Assembly: GCF_000025945.1 (NCBI RefSeq)
Contig: NC_006139.1
Location: 30,001 to 62,000 of the forward strand
Origin: Desulfotalea psychrophila LSv54
GTDB taxonomy: Bacteria; Desulfobacterota; Desulfobulbia; Desulfobulbales; Desulfocapsaceae
Length of the DNA stretch: 32,000 bases
Direction: 5' to 3'
The number at the start of each line of letters is the position of its first letter. The stretch's first letter is position 1. The notes beneath the pieces were generated by a model. The model searched no databases. It worked only from the letters and a program-made list of their open reading frames with translations, and was not told the DNA's origin. Below are positions 30,801 through 32,000 of the stretch, one piece after another. Position numbers and translations under genes: made by a program.

Positions 30801-32000
30801 CGCTGAGAGTGGCAATGCCATTTAACGTTGTTGTGCCAGAGCCCGCTTGCTGGGTCAGACTGGCAGCATCAATGGTGTTGGAGAAGGTTACGTTATCTGC
30901 ATCGACAATTGTTAGGGCATTAAGGGTATCTGCCCTGCCAACTGCGGCAACAAAGTTCACGCTCTGCCCGGCAGCATCAATCGTCAGATCACGGTTCTGG
31001 CCAACATCGCTATTAACGCTAGCAGCAAAGTTCACAGTGCCACCACTGGTCAGCACAGTATCGGCGCGAAGAACAACGGCATCATTATAGTTTTGAGCAC
31101 CAGTTGTCTCGATACTGCCGCCGTTAATCGTTGTACTCCCACCGGCATTAGTTGTCAGACTGGCTGCCTTTACTGCGCCAGTGAATGTTGTTTCGTTACT
31201 ACTATTAACACCCAACGCACCCAACACCCCATCGACAAGATCGCCAATAGCACCACTGAAGGTCGCCGCGCCGCTACCACTGTTCACTGCCAAGGCGTTG
31301 GTTTCGCTGGCCTGGGAATTTACCGTACTGTTAAATGTTACCGCATTGTCGGTAGCTGTCAGTGTTGTACTATTACCAAGGATCACTGCTCCTGTGTAGG
31401 TTTGTGCATTGGCACTGGTCACGGTATCGGTATGAATCTCGGTAGTGCCAGTCACCGCTAGCGTACTCAGACCAGTCACTTGGTCATCAGTCGAATTGCC
31501 CAGCACGACATTGCCATTAATGTCCAAGCTGTGATTATTGCCGGTTAGCGTATCACCGGTGATCACCGTGGTGGCGGTCAGGGTCGTATCGGCCCCCAAC
31601 ACCAGCTGTTCAAGATAGATTTGCGTCCCGGTCGTTGTTACCGACCCGCCATTGACATGCACCGCTCCCGGCGCATCGGTGTAAACACTCGTTGCCGTTA
31701 CCGCTTTGTCGAAGCGGGTCAAAGCACCACAATTGACGACAATTGCGCCCAGTTGTTCCAGGGCACCCAGTGTGTCTAGAAAGCTAACATCGCCGCTCCC
31801 GGAAGAGATGGTCAAATCATCAGTTTCACCAACAGCCGAATCAACGGTGCGGCTGAAGGTAATATTACCGGCACCGCTGTCGCTATCCATGGCGACGGCA
31901 TCATTCAAGGTAATGGCTGTCACGAAAATAATATCATTGTTGACTGTGGTAATATCGCCGGATAGCTCGTTAACACCCGTCCCGTCCTGGCTGAAACCAC
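27820..32000 (-). CDS. TpsA-like giant exoprotein/adhesin, internal part (5' end and TPS secretion domain outside the window)
   Basis: The frame stays open from the listed GTG (31923) to the window edge (..GFSQDGTGVNELSGDITTVNNDIIF-VTAITL..). It is T/G/S/N/A/V-rich with beta-helix-like periodicity ('GNITFSRTVDS', 'VTFNSTVNS', 'VNFAASVNS', 'INFTSAVEL', 'IGFASTVDS'), followed by MBG/YDG-like repeats. It sits upstream of a TpsB gene. Confidence 0.8.
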   Translation of the reverse strand, partial: GFSQDGTGVNELSGDITTVNNDIIFVTAITLNDAVAMDSDSGAGNITFSRTVDSAVGETDDLTISSGSGDVSFLDTLGALEQLGAIVVNCGALTRFDKAVTATSVYTDAPGAVHVNGGSVTTTGTQIYLEQLVLGADTTLTATTVITGDTLTGNNHSLDINGNVVLGNSTDDQVTGLSTLAVTGTTEIHTDTVTSANAQTYTGAVILGNSTTLTATDNAVTFNSTVNSQASETNALAVNSGSGAATFSGAIGDLVDGVLGALGVNSSNETTFTGAVKAASLTTNAGGSTTINGGSIETTGAQNYNDAVVLRADTVLTSGGTVNFAASVNSDVGQNRDLTIDAAGQSVNFVAAVGRADTLNALTIVDADNVTFSNTIDAASLTQQAGSGTTTLNGIATLSGNLDFTGAAFNVNARLNSGGTVEATNAGVFTTAAASDIDAAGGFTQNGAGPNNLAGAITTVGTNINFTSAVELTGDVSMSTGTTAGSIGFASTVDSDADLTLRSLRLTSANAAGQNFVAAVGANHALNILRIESTGVTQGGSAPINAAQLAIKSTDDATLANTGNDIDTLAALLSGDAALVFVDSDGVEIGTIDSGELQIVGITDGVGTSNVTLTVGGLLSQSVGSVVAIDGDMTIDASSFDAGNVQFTNNDANGTVLDDTLIGGNFNLNSSAAITQKDGAYLRVGGEFSTPDGSFVEGSTSGNFIAGGTGAVAQGNEVRLFGVITLTMSSGNLVATATKDGITTTSTTINKINIVDGVRIISDAGGESITGVTDASAVTLVDNNQIGGLLKITTKGVYYDSGIENITGIRQDGTLNLAAASLVVQKSSKNNSITPTVVGEGALALPDTANRFSGIVSVSAINMDASIAAENNIFLGEVKSGSLTVNTSGTITQSGSTIIKTDGLSLSNATTIDLSNANQIKKLSANLVGSLSLTNAQALTVGQVASVTGITASGDVLLKTTSGDLVLDAAIVVTGASNITLVSAANFTNKAGAAGLTVPLGSHWQVWSADPTLDTLDRLTPNFKQYNATYGAKDVATGATGNGFLYSLDPSLVVDLQGTVVRDYDGTVDATLVQSNYDVSGLVGTDSVELSTSGTFNTKNADTKKNITVNPLSIVSAHDGEIVVYGYQVSSTDISRDIGTINKVALTLTPVTDTKTYDGTVSSSSVVTVAGAVAGDTVTVAEQFAYKDVMDANMSTLQIKSGYTIVDGFNNDMSGNYTITDIATAIGTINKADVTVTANSNIVTYNGLNQNVTGFTATGLVNSETLAVLTNITEAGGSGKNARTYSHTASGTDRNYKLTFVAGNLDINKADVIVTANSNTVTYNGLGQKVTGFTATGLMNSETLAVLTNVTEAGGIGKKAGTYSHTASGTDRNYKLTFVAGSLDIRQGRTDS
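27844..28311 (-). repeat. 2 x 234-bp near-identical tandem duplication (78-aa repeat units) at the 3' end of the upstream tpsA ORF
   Basis: AATATCAAGG(C/T)TGCCGGCAACAAAGGTAAGCTTGTAGTTCCGGTCAGTACCGCTGGCAGTGTGGCTATAAGTTC.. starts at 27844 and again at 28078. The protein units are 'INKADV(T/I)VTANSN(I/T)VTYNGL.Q.VTGFTATGL.NSETLAVLTN.TEAGG.GK.A.TYSHTASGTDRNYKLTFVAG.LD'. Confidence 0.9.

Noticed and set aside
25661-31461. Plus-strand ORFs inside the tpsA genes (e.g. 27769-28509 of 246 aa with an internal repeat, 30470-31090, 29195-29605, 31093-31461).
   Set aside because: They are shadow ORFs of a long, compositionally biased, repetitive minus-strand gene. The apparent repeat in 27769-28509 is just the antisense reading of the 234-bp duplication.
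22794-32000. Contact-dependent inhibition (CdiBAI-type) toxin system.
   Set aside because: No VENN or other pre-toxin motif was seen near the C-terminus. No small immunity-like ORF follows tpsA; the 500-nt spacer has no convincing ORF. The gene order is tpsA then tpsB rather than cdiB-cdiA-cdiI.

Overview
Mosaic accessory region rich in mobile elements, in five blocks. (1) 1-6.7 kb, low GC: a gene-cassette array with a defence flavour. It holds the 3' part of a GmrSD-like DUF1524 nuclease gene, a 361-bp internally deleted IS903-group element, Fic and HNH gene remnants, a frameshifted rnlA-rnlB toxin-antitoxin pair, and four cassettes of orphan, mostly membrane, ORFs. The ORFs are separated by one family of ~115-130-nt imperfect palindromes. 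The first box of each (RYYYAAC-like) contains or abuts the stop codon of the preceding ORF, so they look like integron attC sites. No integron integrase is in the window. (2) 7.56-13.9 kb: a translationally coupled, conspicuously GC-rich operon encoding an acs-like ligase, 2-oxoacid (acetoin/pyruvate-type) dehydrogenase E1alpha, E1beta and E2, and a small carrier protein. A lower-GC lipoate-protein ligase gene follows. No E3 is present. (3) 14.0-20.1 kb: a small-plasmid-like backbone with MOB relaxase, MobC-like protein, candidate oriT, phased 11-bp repeats, an AT-rich region with three 24-25-bp iterons, a branched terminator hairpin, an HTH Rep, a HigB/HigA-like TA pair, and an RHH/coiled-coil gene with a TGTTTACA operator. 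(4) 20.35-22.79 kb: a dead IS256-family element carrying a nested, dead IS903-group element with a 9-bp target duplication. (5) 22.8-32.0 kb, minus strand: a two-partner-secretion locus. It comprises a giant repetitive TpsA-like exoprotein, a ShlB/FhaC-family TpsB preceded by a G9 tract, and a Skp/OmpH-like lipoprotein. The TpsA 5' end lies outside the window, and the gene is split into two ORFs at a TAATG junction next to a 2 x 234-bp tandem duplication. No rRNA, tRNA or CRISPR array was seen. All calls come from reading the translations and the DNA by eye; no searches were run.
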